A stretch of 64,000 nt of DNA from Malacoraja senta (taxonomy: Eukaryota): NCBI GenBank assembly GCA_038087875.1, contig CM075994.1, positions 8,496,001 to 8,560,000 on the forward strand, written 5' to 3'. Positions 1 through 14,160 of the stretch are shown one piece after another. Position numbers and translations under genes: made by a program. The notes under the pieces are model-generated. The model did not search any database. It saw nothing but the letters and a program-made list of their open reading frames with translations, and was not told the origin of the DNA. How positions within the stretch are numbered: the first letter of the stretch is position 1; every line of letters begins with the position of its first letter.

Positions 1-832
1 CGCGTGGGTTTTCTCCGTGTGCTTCGGTTTCCTCTCACACTCCAGAGAAAGATAGGTTTGTAGGTTAATTGGCTTGGTGTAAATGTAAATTGTCGCTATA
101 GTGTGTAGGATAGTGTTAGTGTGCGGGTATCGCTGGTCATCGCGGACTCGGTGGGCCGAAGGGCCCATATTTGCAGTATCTCTAAAGTTTAAATCAGATA
201 TACTATACATAAATACAATCATTTCAAACTCAAGTATATTAGGTAGAAAGGGGAAGATACAGAGTGCAGAATATAGTTCTCAGTATTTTCAGGAGCACTG
301 GAAAATGAATGAATTAATAAGTTTATTGACCAAGTATTCACATACAAGGAATTTGCCTTGGTGCTCCGCCCGCAAGTGACAACATGACATACAGTGACAG
401 TTACGAATGACACAAAAAACATTAAACATTAATAATAAAACATTATTGATTAAACATGTGAATTAAATAAAATACCAGAGTAAAAGGAGGCTACAGATTT
501 TTGGTTATTGAGTGGAGCTACTACTCGTGGACAAAAGTTGTTTTTATGTCTGGCTGTGGCAGCTTTGACAGTCCGGAGTCGCCTTGTATTAGTGTATTAG
601 TTTAGTCATGATTGAATGGGGGAGCAGACTTGATGGGCCGATTGGCCTAATTCTGCTCCTATCACTTATTGTCTTATGAAGAAGGGTCTGACCTGCTGAG
701 TTACTCCAGCACTTTGTGTCTTTTCTTTTGTAAACCAGCATCTGCTGTTCCCCGCGTTCTTCACAAGGAAACACGTTCAATATGTGAATTATGGATGGGT
801 CTGGTCATAATTGGAATATCTTTGTTTTTCAG

Positions 833-907
833 TTATCGAAACTTGCTGATCGATACATCGATTCATACGAGTTCAAAAACGGCAGAGTTCTGCTTTATCT
901 TCCCCAG
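833..907 (+). CDS. C4: Complement C4, first exon visible in window (LSKLADRYIDSYEFKNGRVLLYLPQ), receptor-binding/MG8 region
   Basis: tttttcAG acceptor at 831-832 and GTagt donor at 908. 75 nt, phase 0/0. Resembles mammalian C4 [25 protein letters not shown]. Confidence 0.9.
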
Positions 908-918
908 GTAGTGACACA

Positions 919-1310
919 GTGTGTGCGTGTGCGTGAGTGTGAGTGAGTGTGTGTGCATGCGTGTGTGTGTGCATGCGTGTGTGTGCATGTGTGTGTGAGT
1001 GCAAAAGCGTGTGTGTGCTTGTGCGTGAGAGTGTGCGAGTGTCAGTGTGTGAGCGTGTGCATGTGTGTGCATGTGTGTGTGTCAGTGCGTGTGAGTGTCA
1101 GTGTGTGTGTGTGTGTGAGTGCGCTTATGCATGAGTGTGTGTGGGTGCGCGTGTGCATGTGTGTGAGTGTCAGTGTGAAAGCGTGCGTGAGTTTGTGTGG
1201 GTGCGTGTGTACGTGCGTGCATATGTGCCTTTGTGCATCTCCGTGAACATCACATGCGTGTGTGCCCACCTGTCAGTGCGTTCACACGAATGTGCGAGTA
1301 TATGTACGTT
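919..1310. repeat. Degenerate (TG)n-rich microsatellite
   Basis: Visible gtgtgc/gtgtga runs directly after the first C4 exon. Confidence 0.9.
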
Positions 1311-2356
1311 TCAGTCGGTACATAGTTGGTACAGGTGAAAACGCACACCTCCAGATTCAGGGACAGTTTCTTCCCAGCTGTTATCAGGCAACTGATCCAT
1401 CCTACCACAACCAGAGAGTAGTGTGAACTACTAACTACCTCTTTGGTGACCCTGGGACTATCTTTGATCGGACTTTACTGGCTTTAGCTTGCGTTATTCC
1501 CTTATCATGTATCTGTACACTGTAAATGGCTCAAATGTAATCATGTATTGTCTTTCCGCTGACTGGATAGCACGCAACAAAAGTGTTTCTCTGTACCTCG
1601 GTACATGCGACAATAAACTAAACTGAACTAAGTGTGTAGGTAGGAACTGCAGATGCAGGTTTACACAGAAGAAAGACACAAAAAGCTGGAATAACTCAGC
1701 GGGACAGGCAGCATCTCTGAGAGAAGGAATGGGTGACGTTTCATCGAAACATAAAAAATAGGTACAGTAGGCCATTCAGCCCTTTGATTTCCTTTAGCCC
1801 TAGAGCTAAATCTAACTCTCTCTTGAAAACATCCAGTGAATTGGCCTTCACTGCCTTCTGTGGCAGATAATTCCACAGATTTTCACTCTTTGTGTGAAAA
1901 AGTGTTTCCTCATCTCAGTCCTAAATGGCCTATCCCTTATTCTGAAACTGTGACCCCTGGTTCTGGACTCCCCCAACATGAGGAACATCTAGCCTGTCCA
2001 ATCGCTTAAGAATTTTATTCGGGTCGACACCCTTCTGAAGATTCTGGTCTTGACCCGAAACCACCCATTCCTTCTCTCCAGGGATGCTGCCTGTCCCGCT
2101 GAGTTACTCCAGCACGTTGTGTCTATCTATGGGGTTGAGGTGAATCTGACAGTACCCAAGCTTATGGAAGGACCTTGCAGAAGCCCTATAACAGAGGGGA
2201 AGTAGCTGTTCCTGAGCCTGGTGGTGCGCGCTTTCAAGCTTCTGTACCCACTGCCAGACAGGATAAGTGGGGGGGGGGAGAAGAGGGAATGACCGGGGTG
2301 GGACAGGAACGTCTTTGATGCCTCCCGAGATAGCGTGGTGCAAAAGGTCATTAAAT

Positions 2357-2550
2357 CACCATTTACTAGTGCCCTCCCCTAAATCCCCATTTAGAGGTGC
2401 CCTCCCCTAAATCCCCATGTACTAGTGCCCTCCCCTAATTCCCCATTTTCTAGTGCCCTCTCCTAATTCCCCATTTAGAGGTGCCGTCCATTAATTCCCC
2501 ATTCAGAGGTGCCGTCCATTAATTCCCCATTCACTAGTGACCTTCATTAA
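2357..2550. repeat. ~28-bp minisatellite (tgccctcccctaaatccccatttactag), resuming near 11740-11830 and 13540-13590 after TE insertions
   Basis: Same unit seen at all three places. Confidence 0.75.
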
Positions 2551-2704
2551 TTAACAATATGATGTTTTAATCTACAATTTGAGGGAGAAGGGAAAATCAG
2601 GTGTCAGTATTACTTGAACAAAGGGGACTATGCAGCCATGAGGGAGGAGCTGGCCAAAGTTGACTGGAAAGAGATCCTAGCAGGGATGACAGTGGAATAA
2701 CAAT

Positions 2705-4815
2705 ACTCCTATACTGAAATCCTCTTGTTATGAAGGCCAACATTCCATTAGCTTTCTTCACTGCCTGCTGTACCTGCACGCCAACTTTCAGTGACCGGTG
2801 TACAAGGACACCCAGGTCTCGCTGTACCTCCCCCTTACCTAACCTAAACCCATTGAGATAATAATCTGCCCCCTTGTTTTTGTCGCCAAAGTGGATAAGC
2901 TCACATTTATCTATATTATACTGCATCTGCCACGCATCTGCCCACTCACTCAACCTGTCCAGGTCACCCTGCAACCTCCTAACATCCTCTTCACTGCCAC
3001 CCAGCTTTATGTCATCCGCAAACTTGCTAGTGTTGCTCCTAATTCCCTCTTCCAAATCATTAATATGTATGGTAAACAGTTGCGGCCCCAACACCGAGCC
3101 TTGCGGCACTCCACTCGCCACTGCCCGCCATTCTGAAAAGGACCCGTTCACTCCTACTCTTTGCTTCCGGTCTGCCAACCAATTTTCTATCCATGTCAAC
3201 ACCCTAACCCCAATACCATGTGCTCTAATTTTAGTCACCAGTCTCCCGTGCGGGACCTTTTCAAAGGCTTTCTGAAAGTCTAGATACACTACATCCACTG
3301 GCACCCCTTCATCCATTTTACTTGTCACATCCTCACAAAATTCCAGAAGATTAGTCAAGCATGATTTCCCTTTCATAAATCCATGTTGACTTGGACTAAT
3401 CCTTTTACTGCTGTCCAAATGCCCCATTATTACGTCTTTAATAATTGACTCCAGCATCTTTCCCACCACCGAGGTCAGGCTAACTGGTCTGTAATTCCCC
3501 TTTTTCCCTCTCGCTCCTTTCTTGAAAAGTGGGATAACATTAGCTATCCTCCAATGCACAGGAACCAATCCTGAATCTATTGAACATTGGAAATGATCAC
3601 CAATGCGTCCACTCTTTCTAGAGCCACCTCCCTGAGGACCCTGGGATGCAGACCATCAGGTCCGGGGGATTTATCATCCTTCAGTCCCATTAGCCTACCC
3701 AATACTATTTCTCGCCTAATGAAAATTTCTTTCAGTTCCTCTACCGCCTTAGATCCTCTGTCCTCCAGTACATCTGGGAGATTGTTTGTGTCTTCGTTAG
3801 TGAAGACAGATCCGAAGTACCTATTCAACTCTTCTGCCATTTCCTTGTTGCCCATAATAATTTCACCCGTGTGCCTTCAAGGGACCCACATTTGACTTTG
3901 CTACTCTTTTTCCCTTAACATATCTAAAGAAGCTTTAATGTCCTTCTTTATATTCCTGGCCTGCTTCCCCTCGTACTTCATCTTTTCAGCCCGTATTGCC
4001 CGTTTTGTTTCCTTCTGTTGTCCTATGAAAGTTTCCCAATCCTCTGGCTTACGGCTGCTCTTTGCTTATACATCTTTTCTTTTAGTTTTATTCTATCCCT
4101 AACTTCTCTTGTCAGCCACGGTTGCCTCCTACTCCTCTTAGAATCTTTCTTACATTTTGGAATGAAATGATCCTGCGTCTTCCGGATTATGCCCAGAAAT
4201 TCCTGCCATTGCTGTTCCACCGTCATTCCGGCTAGGATCCGTTTCCAGTCTACTTTGGCCAGCTCCCCTCTCATGCCTTCATAGTCCCCTTTGTTCAACT
4301 GCATCACTGCCACTTCCGATTTAATGTTCTCCTTCTCAAATTGCAGATTAAATCTATTCATATTATGATCACTAACTCGAGTTCTCTTATCATATCGGGT
4401 TCATTGGACAACACTAAATCCAGAATTGCCTTTTCTCTGGTCGGCTCCATTACAAGCTGCTCTAAGAATCCATCTCGGCGGCATTCTACAAACACTTTCT
4501 TGGGGTCCTGAACCAACCTGATTTTCCCAGCCTACCTGCATATTGAAATCCCTCATCACCACAGTGGCATTACCTTTGTTACATGCCAGTTTTAACTCCT
4601 CCTGCAACTTACACCCTACATCCAGGCTACTATTTGGGGGTCTGTAAATAACACCAATTAGTGTCTTCTTGCCTTTACAATTCCTCAACTCAATCCACGG
4701 TGACTCTACCTCGTCAGTCCCTATGTCTTCCCTCGCAAGGGACTGAATTCCCTCCCTCACCAGCAGAGCTACCCCCCCTCCTCTGCCCACCTGCCTGTCC
4801 TTTCTAGAGGATGTA
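2705..4815 (-). mobile_element. CR1-type LINE internal fragment (endonuclease end plus RT), truncated at both ends
   Basis: ORFs 4401-4895 (GGGVAL, IYRPP), 4023-4361, 3577-3855 and 2597-3568 (RT motifs). Confidence 0.9.
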
Positions 4816-6146
4816 TTTCTGGGAAGGTGCAGGATCAGTTCATTCCAAAGAGGAAGAAATATTCCAAGGGGGTAAGGGACGAACATGGCTGACAAGGGAT
4901 GTCAGGGACCGTAGAAAAATTAAAGAGAAGTGCAACGTAGCAAAGATGAGCGGGAAGCAAGAGGATTGGATAATGTTTAAAGGGCAACAGAAGATAACTA
5001 AAAAGACAATATGGGGAAAAAAGATGAGGTACGATGGTAAGCTAGCCAAGAATATAAAGGAGAATAGTAAAAGCTTCTTTAGGTAAGCTAGCCAAGAATA
5101 TAAAGGAGAATAGTAAAAGCTTCTTTAGGTATGTGAAGAGGAAAATATTAGTTAGGACTAAAGTTGGACCCTTGAAGACCAAAAAAGGTGAATTTATTAT
5201 GGGGAACGAGGAAATGGCAGATGAGTTGAACAGGTACTTTGGATCTGTCTTCACAAAGGAAGACACAAACAATCATCCTGATGTACTAGTGGCCAGAGGA
5301 TCTGGATTGACGGAGGAACTGAAGGAAATCCACATTAGGCAGGAAATGGTGTTGGGTAGACTGATGGGACTGAAGGCTGATAAATCTCCAGGGCCTGATG
5401 GTCTGCACCCCAGGGTACTTAAGGAAGTGGCTCTAGAAATCCTGGACACAGTGGCGATCATTTTCCAATGTTCTATAGATTCAGGATCAATTCCTGTGGA
5501 TTGGAGGATAGCTAATGTTATCCCACTTTTAAAAAAAGGCGGGAGAGAGAAAACAGGGAATTATAGACCAGTTAGCCCGACATCGGTAGTGGGGAAGATG
5601 CTGGAGTCAATTATAAAAGATGAAATAGCGGCACATTTGGATAGCAGTAACAGGATTGGTGCGAGTCAGCATGGATTTACGAAGGGGAAACCATGCTTGA
5701 CTAATCTTTTGGAATTTTTTGAAGATGTAACTAGGAAAATGGACAAGGGAGAGCCAGTGGATGTAGTGTACCTGGACTTTCAGAAAGCATTTGATAAGGT
5801 CCCACATAGGAGATTAGTGGGCAAAATTAGGGCACATGGTATTGGGGATAGAGTGTTGACATGGATAGAAAATTGGTTGGCAGACAGGAAAAAAAGAGTA
5901 GGGATTAACGGGTCCTTTTCAGAATGGCAGGCAGTGACTAGTGGGGTACCGCAAGGCTTGGTGCTGGGACCGCAGGTATTTACAATATATATTAATGATT
6001 TAGATGAAGGGATTACAAGTAACATTAGCAAATTTGCAGATGACACAAAGCTGGGTGGCAGTGTGAACTGTGAGGAGGATGTGATGAGAATGCAGGGTGA
6101 CTTGGACAGGTTGGATGAGTGGGCAGATGCATGGCAAATGCAGTTT

Positions 6147-9100
6147 AATAGGAAGAATAAACGAGAACTTACCAGTTTGAAGTTTGATCTTTATGTTATG
6201 AGGAGTTACGATGAGGGATTACGTGAAGAAGCCCGCCAGCCCGCATGCGCGTCAACCTTCAAAGCAGCGGTGTGAAATCACAGATAACAGTTGTTGAACT
6301 GAATATAGGAAGATTCGAGAAACTAAAACTGCCAGCTGACCTTTATGAGAGAGGGTTGGGAGCGGAGGGCAGGTAATCCCTCATCGTAACTCCTCATAAA
6401 ACAAAGATCAAACTTCAAACTGTGACTACGTGAAGATTTCAAAGCTCTGTGATTTCATGCCGTGAACACGAGTCCATGCAACACACTGCATCAGTTGACC
6501 AAAGATGAGTGAAAATTAATAATGCATTCAGACATGACATAGATTTAAAACATGCTGATGCTTTTTAGTGAATAAATGATAGTAATAGTGACCCCTCACA
6601 TCCGGGAGGAAACTATAAAACAGAACCTAAAATAGAGTTGGCAAACACCCCCGGTCTGGCAATGGGTTTGTTATAGAATGTTTGGAAAGTTCGCTCGCTT
6701 GACCATCCTGCATGTGGTCCAGCGGAACGTCCATAACCCTCGCTGCTGATGTTGTTGCAGCCCTGGTGGAGTGAGATTTAAAAATGTCAGTGTTCACTCC
6801 CACACAAGCCAGAACCCTGGAGATGGGCTGTACTGATACCTTCTTATGAGTTTTTTGTAACTAACAAACATTGCTAGTTCAGAGCCTCTAAGGCTCTTAG
6901 TGACCTTAACATACTGTTGTAGATGTGTGACCACACACAACCGAAGGTCCATGGGGTATGCCAAAAAATCTAGTTTGAGACCTGATGCCCCTGGTCTACT
7001 CTGCTTGACTAAGTCATAAACATAAAATGTTATTTTGCCTGCAGATGTAACCATCCTGTCCAGTCGCAGCTTATGCAACGACTGGACCAGCGCCATGAGC
7101 ATAACCACTTTGTAAGTGAGTTTGACCAAGGACAGGGATGTAGCTGGAGCCCACCGGCGAAGCAGCGTCAGCACAATGTTAACATCCCATATCTCTGAGT
7201 ACCTGGGCCTGGGGGGATTTGAGTTGAAGATACCCTTCATAAACCTGGCTATCAGTGGGTGAGACCGGACAGAGTGATCTCCCGATCCCAGCAATAAGTA
7301 TGACGACAAGCCACTTCTGGCATAATTTATGGCACTATAACTCAATCCCTCGTCAAAAATAATTTAGAGAGGAATTCCAAAACATCTGTTATACGTGCCG
7401 TGTCATACGTTATGTTGGACTGTAAACAGAACACTTCCCACTTCTTGATTATAGGAGATGTACTGCTTCTTGGTACTATCTCTCTAGGCCGCAGTGATCA
7501 CGTCCACCGTACGTTCAGACAGTCCGAGCCCCAGGAAAGGTCTTCTCAGAGTCTGCAAATCAACAAATTGACTCGATCATGCAGTGGATGATCCTCCCCA
7601 GTCACAGGGTGAACCAGCAGATTTCTGCGTTTGGGAACAGCCATAAAAGGCTCTGTTATCATTCCCAATATGAGTGGGAATCATGGCTGTGTAGGCCAGT
7701 CAGGCACTACCAAAATGCCTGAGACGGAGTCTTGCTGGATCTTTTGCAAGCACCGACTGATGAGGCAAAATGGAGGGAATGCATAAAAGAACATTCCTCC
7801 CCAGTGTAGCGAGAATGCATCTACTGCTACTGCCCCTGGGTCTGGTTCCCATGCAACATACTTTGGTAAATGGTGATTGAGTCGAGATGCGAACAAATCG
7901 ATATCCGGTGTTCCATACCGAGCGACAATGTCGTTATACACTTTATGATCCAACTTCCATTCTGTGTTGTCATTAAATTTTCGTGACCTGGTGTCCGCCA
8001 TCATGTTAAAACTACCTGGCAAGTAGGTAGCTGAAATCCAAATGTTTATTGCAATACACCAGTGCCAAATAAGGTTAGCCAATTTATCACAGGATACTGA
8101 CTTGATTCCACCCGTGATTAATATATGCCACCGCTGTAGTGTTGTCAATCTGTAGTTGAACATGCAGATGATGCATATTCCCACAATAAGCCTTCCCAGC
8201 AGCTCCCAGCATCTCTAAATAGTTGATACCATGTAACTGAAGACTTGATGACTCATGCACATTCCATCTGCCACCGCAGCTAGAGGTGGTATTAGTAGCA
8301 CTAGCTTCAGTTTGTAAAATAACTGAAGGTTTGCTGACCAAAATGTTACTGGAGCAATGCCGAATATTGGTCATCCACCATTGTAATTCAGAAATGGCTT
8401 CAGCTGGCAATCGCATAGGTCTGTTAAAGTGACCTGCATGGTATTTGAGTGCTTGCTCCTTTGCACGTTGTAAATTCTGATAATGCAAAGGCCCAATGTG
8501 CAGCTGGAAAAGCAGCCACTAATTTGCCAATTACACTGGCTACTTGTCGAATAGAAGGTTGCTCCATAACAACGAGATTGTTACAGGCTCCTATTAATTC
8601 TAATCTCTTGCCCCAATGCAGAGTCACAGACGTGAATAGAGTTAATGGTAAATCCCAAATATTCAATAACTCTAGATGGTATCAACATTGATTTAACTGG
8701 ATGGTTGAGAAACCCCAATCTCTCAAACATCAGTTTAGTGGCTGAAACAGATAATTTAGCCAATTCCAGGGTTTTCCCTGTGATTAGGTATCATCCAAGT
8801 ATGCCATAACAATATGATTTTGAGCTCGAAGTAGCCCAAGCACTGGCTTCAATAATTTGGTAAATAATCTGGGGGCTGAAGTTAACCCATTAGGCAACGC
8901 TTTAAACTGCCACAGTTGCCCCATCCAGCTAAATTGCAAATATCTCCGGTGATCCCAGTGAATGGGTACCGAATAGTATGCATCTTTGAGATCGATGCAT
9001 GCCATATAACATCCTTTGGAAACCAGTTGTTTGGCAGTAACAAAGTTTTCCATTTTTGAAATGTCTATACTGCACAAAGGAGTTGAGTCGAGTCAAATCA

Positions 9101-10953
9101 AGGATGTTGCGGCATCCTCCATCTTTCTTTTGTCTTGTAAATATATTAGAAACAAATTGGTGAGGTTCATGACTCGACTTCTCAATTACCCCATTTGCAT
9201 ATAATTTTTGAATTTCAGCTTGTACATCCAAACCTTCCTGTTGTGAATTAACAAATGTCCGGTTTGGCGTATGCTGTGTGGGTGGCAATTAATTGAATTC
9301 AATTTGGAACCCTTGTATACTGTGCAGTATAAACGGATCTGATGTTATCCAACGTCATTCATTCAAAAATATGTGTAATCTCCCACCAACTTGTAACTGA
9401 TCCACACACCCTATGTTCCGGAAAGAACCAGACCTACCTACCTGTATGGTTACCGGTGGATTTATGGTGTCTATTTCCGCCCCCGAGGTTTGTGGGGTAG
9501 GGCTGATGGAGTGCGCGAACTGCGCATCTTTGACGAGGGCCGGCTTGGGCCTTGGCCTAAAAAAGACCTCTACCCAGAGTTTTCGGCATTCGAGCTGCTA
9601 CCAGCTTCAGCGAACCGCTTGCTGCTGCTGGAAGCGTAGGGGTGCTGCCGCCGGAATGATGAAACTTTGCTAGTTGATGGAGCCTTTAGCAGCCCAACAG
9701 CTTTCGCTTCTTCGTCCAGGTCCTTGACCTGTTTCGGCAGATCTTCTCCGAACAGACGATTGGGCGGCTGTACATTGCTGGCCCTGCACAATCCCGCAAA
9801 CTTGGGGTTCAGGGCAGGTCGGATGGCATTCTTACGAAAACAGTTAATTTCAAAATGTGCGTTGCACATTAATGCCAGGGCATCCTGTTGTACATCCGAC
9901 AAGGGACCCCCATCCACAGACCTGGCAAACGCCGTAATGCCTGAAGCCAGCAAATTCAGGATTCTCTGGAGCTTCATCTCTTGGGCTTTGATGCCCCCTC
10001 CGATGTATTCCCAGATGGAGCTGTTCGCAGCCGGCACGTTTAGTGAAGCACAATTTGCAGGTGTGCGGTACTTCGTAGATGTTTCCACCCTGAAAAGCGC
10101 TATATAAATAAAATCTATTATTATTATTATTATTACCTGTTCCTGGAGCTGGTGCGGTGCAAGGTAATTAATGATCGCAGCTAGTTCTTCATCCAGCGGC
10201 TCCCCTATTTGCAATGGTATCGTAAATTTTGATGCCATGGCAGGCAATTCTGCTTCACGCACCTCGTGCATTCGGGTATGTTCCCCGGACATACCTCCGA
10301 ATTCCGAGTCAGTCCAAAACTGACCCCGTATGCTCCCCTCCTCAGAGAGGGAGAGATTGTGCAGCCCTGAACCAGGCGCTGCCGCGGACCCCCGAGGAGA
10401 CCCGTGCTGATATAACTCAGTTTCCCGGAGCATATCATGATGGAGCATCCTTTCCATCAGGTGCTCCATCCGGGATAAGCGCCCGAAGACGCTACCCATA
10501 GTAGGTGGCGAATCCTCCTGGCCTGACTCGTCCAGGTTAACAGGCCTGTCAGAATTTGGCGTGGCTTTCCTCTCTTTCGGGGTTGCCAGGGTGCTTGGGA
10601 CAGGCACCAAGTCTGAAGTCGCTGGCCGCACCGCCTGCGACCCTGGGTGGCGAAATCGACGGCCGCTCGCTACCCCTGCACTCCCGCGGTCCGTAACAGT
10701 TTTCCCGCGGCCCGTCTGGACTTCACCCTGGATTTCTCCATAACAGTTCGAACTTGCGACTCTGCAACAAGATTTTACCAAACAAAAAACGACCTCAGAA
10801 TAAGTTTAAAACTTACCTGTAGGGTTTTTATACTTACCGCTGGAGGAGCAACGCGCCTCTCAGCCAGTCGTGCGCAATGCGTTAGACGTATTGACGTGCA
10901 TGCGGGCTGGCGGGTTTCTTCACGTAGTCACTCACGTGATTCCAAAGTAAAAT
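6147..10953 (-). mobile_element. DIRS1-type tyrosine-recombinase retrotransposon, near full length, frameshifted
   Basis: gag-like ORF 9570-10781; RT (IDLKDAYYS, AYLDD); RNase H; DNA methyltransferase-like ORF 7681-8184 (DLFAS...YAFPPF); YR ORF 6794-7345. Inverted terminal repeats, with a partial internal complementary region near 6370-6440. Confidence 0.92.
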
Positions 10954-11832
10954 GTGGATAAATGTGAGGTTATCCACTTTGGTGGCAAAAACAGGAAGGA
11001 AGATTATTATCTAAATGGTGTCAAGTTGGGAAAATGGGAAATACTACGGGATCTGGGGGTGCTTGTTCATCTGTCAATGAAAGTAAGCATGCAGGTAAAG
11101 CAGGCAGTGAAGAAAGCGAATGGCATGTTGGCCCTCATAACAAGAGTTGTGTATAGGAGCAAGAAGGTCCTTCTGCAGGGCCCTAGTGAGACCACACCTG
11201 GAGTATTGTGTGCAGATTTGAGGCAGGACATTCTTGCTATTGAGGGAGTGCAGCGTGTAGGTTCACAAGGTTAATTACCGGGATGGCGGGACTGTCATAT
11301 GCTGAGAGAATGGAGCGGCTGGGCTTGTATACTCTGGAATTTAGAAGGATGAGAGGATATCTTATTGAAACATATAAGATTATTAAGGGTTTGGACACGC
11401 TAGAGGCAGGAAACATGTTCCCGATGTTGGGGGAGTCCAGAACCAGGCGCGACTGTTTAAGAATAAGGGGTAAGGCATTTAGAATGGAGATGAGGAAATA
11501 CTTTCTCACACAGAGATTTATGATTCTGTGGAATTATCTGCCTCAGAGGACGGTGAATGTTGGTACTCTGGAAACTTTCAAGAGAGCTAGATAAGGCGCT
11601 TAAAGATAGCGGAGTCAGGGGATATGGGGAGAAGGCAGGAACGGAGTACTGATTGTGGATGATCAGCCATGATCACATTGAATGGTGGTGCTGGTTTGAA
11701 GGGCCGTACGGCCTACTCCTGCACCTATTGTCTATTGTCTAATTCCCCATTTAGGGGAATTTACTGGTGCCCTCCTCTAATTCCCCATTTACTAGTGCCC
11801 TCCCCTATTTCCCAGTTATAAATGCCCTCCGT

Positions 11833-13535
11833 ATGCCCTATATACTTACCAAAGAAGTTTTTTTTTAAACTGGACTCAGATATCACTAATTTTATATGGG
11901 ACTATAAATCACATAGAATACAAAAAACTCACTTGAATAAACCTAAAGTATTAGGGGGTTTGGCACTACCTAATTTCATGTATTATTATTGGTCAGTAAA
12001 TATTAAAAATATGATTCAACTGATGGATAACTCCGCCCAGCAAGTGGATTGGATTGTAATGGAGAAAGAGGATTGCTTCTCTGGAAACATTGGAGCGATC
12101 CTCCTCTCACCAATGAAACTGAATAATATAAATTATAAAAATAACCCAATTATCCATAGTACAATCCGAATTTGGAAACAAATAAAACAAAATTTAAAAT
12201 TAAGAAATTTATCACTATTATCTCCCATAGTTAATAACCCTTCGTTTAATCCGTCTATTATAGATACATCTTTTATACATTGGGATAGACTAGGAATTAA
12301 AACGTTCGGTGACCTGTATGAAACTGTAAAATTACTTTCATTTCAACAATTACAAATAAAATATAAACTCGGAAATAATCAATATTTTAAATATTTTCAA
12401 ATATGCGACTATTTGAAAATATATACAAAAGATTATTATAATAGCCCAGCAGATGTATTGGACGAGGCAATGCAGATAAAAGCTGAATCAGCAAACTTAA
12501 TATCATATTTGTATAATATTATCTTAAATGTAGAAATACCATCTACGGAGGGTATCAGAAGAGACTGGGAACAAGAGTTAGCTATTAAAATTTCAAAGGA
12601 AAGGTGGAATGAACACTTATTAAACGTGCATAAATGTTCGATTAATGTAAGACACACTTTAATACAATTTAAAATGTTACATAGATTCTATTATTCCAAA
12701 ACTAAAATCCATAAAATCTTCCCAAATGTGTCATCCATTTGTGATAAATGTCAATCCCAAGAAGCTACTATAGCGCACTCATTTGTTTTCTGTACAAAAA
12801 TTCAAAAATTTTGGAATGAAATTTTCGAAATCTTTACAAAATTATTTAAAATAAAACTGATACCCAAAGCAGAATGGATTATCTTCGGAATAACGGAAGA
12901 TGGTCCAGAACTTAATGTGTTTCAAAAGAAACTAATAGACTATGGGTTAATAACTGGAAAAAAGCTAATCCTAAAATTTTGGAAGAAAGCTCCAATACCA
13001 ACTATAAACATGTGGATTTCAAATATGTTCGAAACATTACACCTAGAAGAGATAAGACTCCTCCTGGCAGGTAAACCAGATCACTTCCATCTGACGTGGT
13101 CTGCATTTATAGAATTATTACAAATATAGGGTGCAAAGGTACCTTTAAAAAAAACTGAGGTCAGGTAAAGGGTGATGATAGCTGGAAAGTTGGTATGTCC
13201 CATTTGCGTAATGCTCATAAAAACTATTTGTTTTTCTCTTTCTCCTCTTTCTCTTTCTCCTTCTTTTCTAGGGTCTATTTCTTAACTCTTTTTCTTTTGT
13301 TTTTAATTTTGTTCTTATAGGGTCTTCGTTCTGTCTTGTTGTCACACTTTCTACACTTTCACTTTTTCCATCACTTTCTTCTTTCTTTCAATCTTATCCT
13401 TTCCTTTTACTAGTGTAAAAAACAAACGGAGTACATTAATTGTAAGAAGATATAAGTGACGAGTACTAATGTATGTGGTTGTAATGTAATGTACTTGTAA
13501 TACATTTATAAAAAAAATTTAAAATTAAAAAATAA
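11833..13535 (+). mobile_element. L1-type LINE, 5'-truncated (ORF2 C-terminus with Cys-rich motif, 3' UTR, A-rich tail)
   Basis: ORF 11822-13129 (GGLALPN, CDKC...AHSFVFC). TSD aaatgccctccgt at 11820-11832 and 13536-13548. Confidence 0.9.
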
Positions 13536-13794
13536 AAATGCCCTCCGTTAATTTCCATTAGTTGCGCCCCGCATTAATTCCCCAGTTACCACCAGCACCA
13601 TCCTCTTGCATAGAAACCTTGCCCTGCAATTATCCATTAAACTTCCCCCCTCACCTTAAAGCTACGCCTTCTGGCCTTTCTCAGCTTCACCTGGGAATAA
13701 AGATTCTGACTGTCTACCCGATGAATGCCTCTCGTAGAGCCAGAGAGCATGGAAACAGGCCCTTCGGCTGAACGCCCACACTGACCCCATGTTG

Positions 13795-14160
13795 TAAATT
13801 CTAATTTCGTGGGTTTAATTTAAATTTTGATTTCAATTTTAATTTAATTTTAGTTTTAGTTTTAGTTATTGTTTTAATTTTTGTTTTTGTTTTTGTTTTA
13901 ATGTTAATTCTAATTCTAATTTTAAATTTAAATTTCATTTCAATTTCAGTTTTAATTTTGATTTTGATTTTAATATTGATATTAATTTTAATTCTAATTT
14001 TGATTTTAATTTTAATTTGAATTGTAAATTTTAATTTTGATTTCAATATTGATTTTAATTTTACGTTTAATTTTAATTTAGATTTCAATTTTATTTCTAA
14101 ATTTTGATTTTGATTTTGGTTTAAATATTGATTTTAATTGTAATTTTAATTTTAATTTTG
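13795..14160. repeat. AT-rich hexamer repeat (ttaatt/ttgatt) running up to the C4 splice acceptor
   Basis: Visible 6-bp periodicity. Confidence 0.85.

Larger units (their letters stand above)
2560..11740 (+). mobile_element. CR1-type LINE (RT ORF 5133-6149, continuing 10951-11740), interrupted by an antisense CR1 fragment and a DIRS element
   Basis: RT motifs YLDFQKAFDKVPH, GVPQG, FADDTK. The text cagtttAAT resumes as AATgtggataaatgtgagg at 10951. Typical 3' tail near 11700-11740. Confidence 0.9.
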
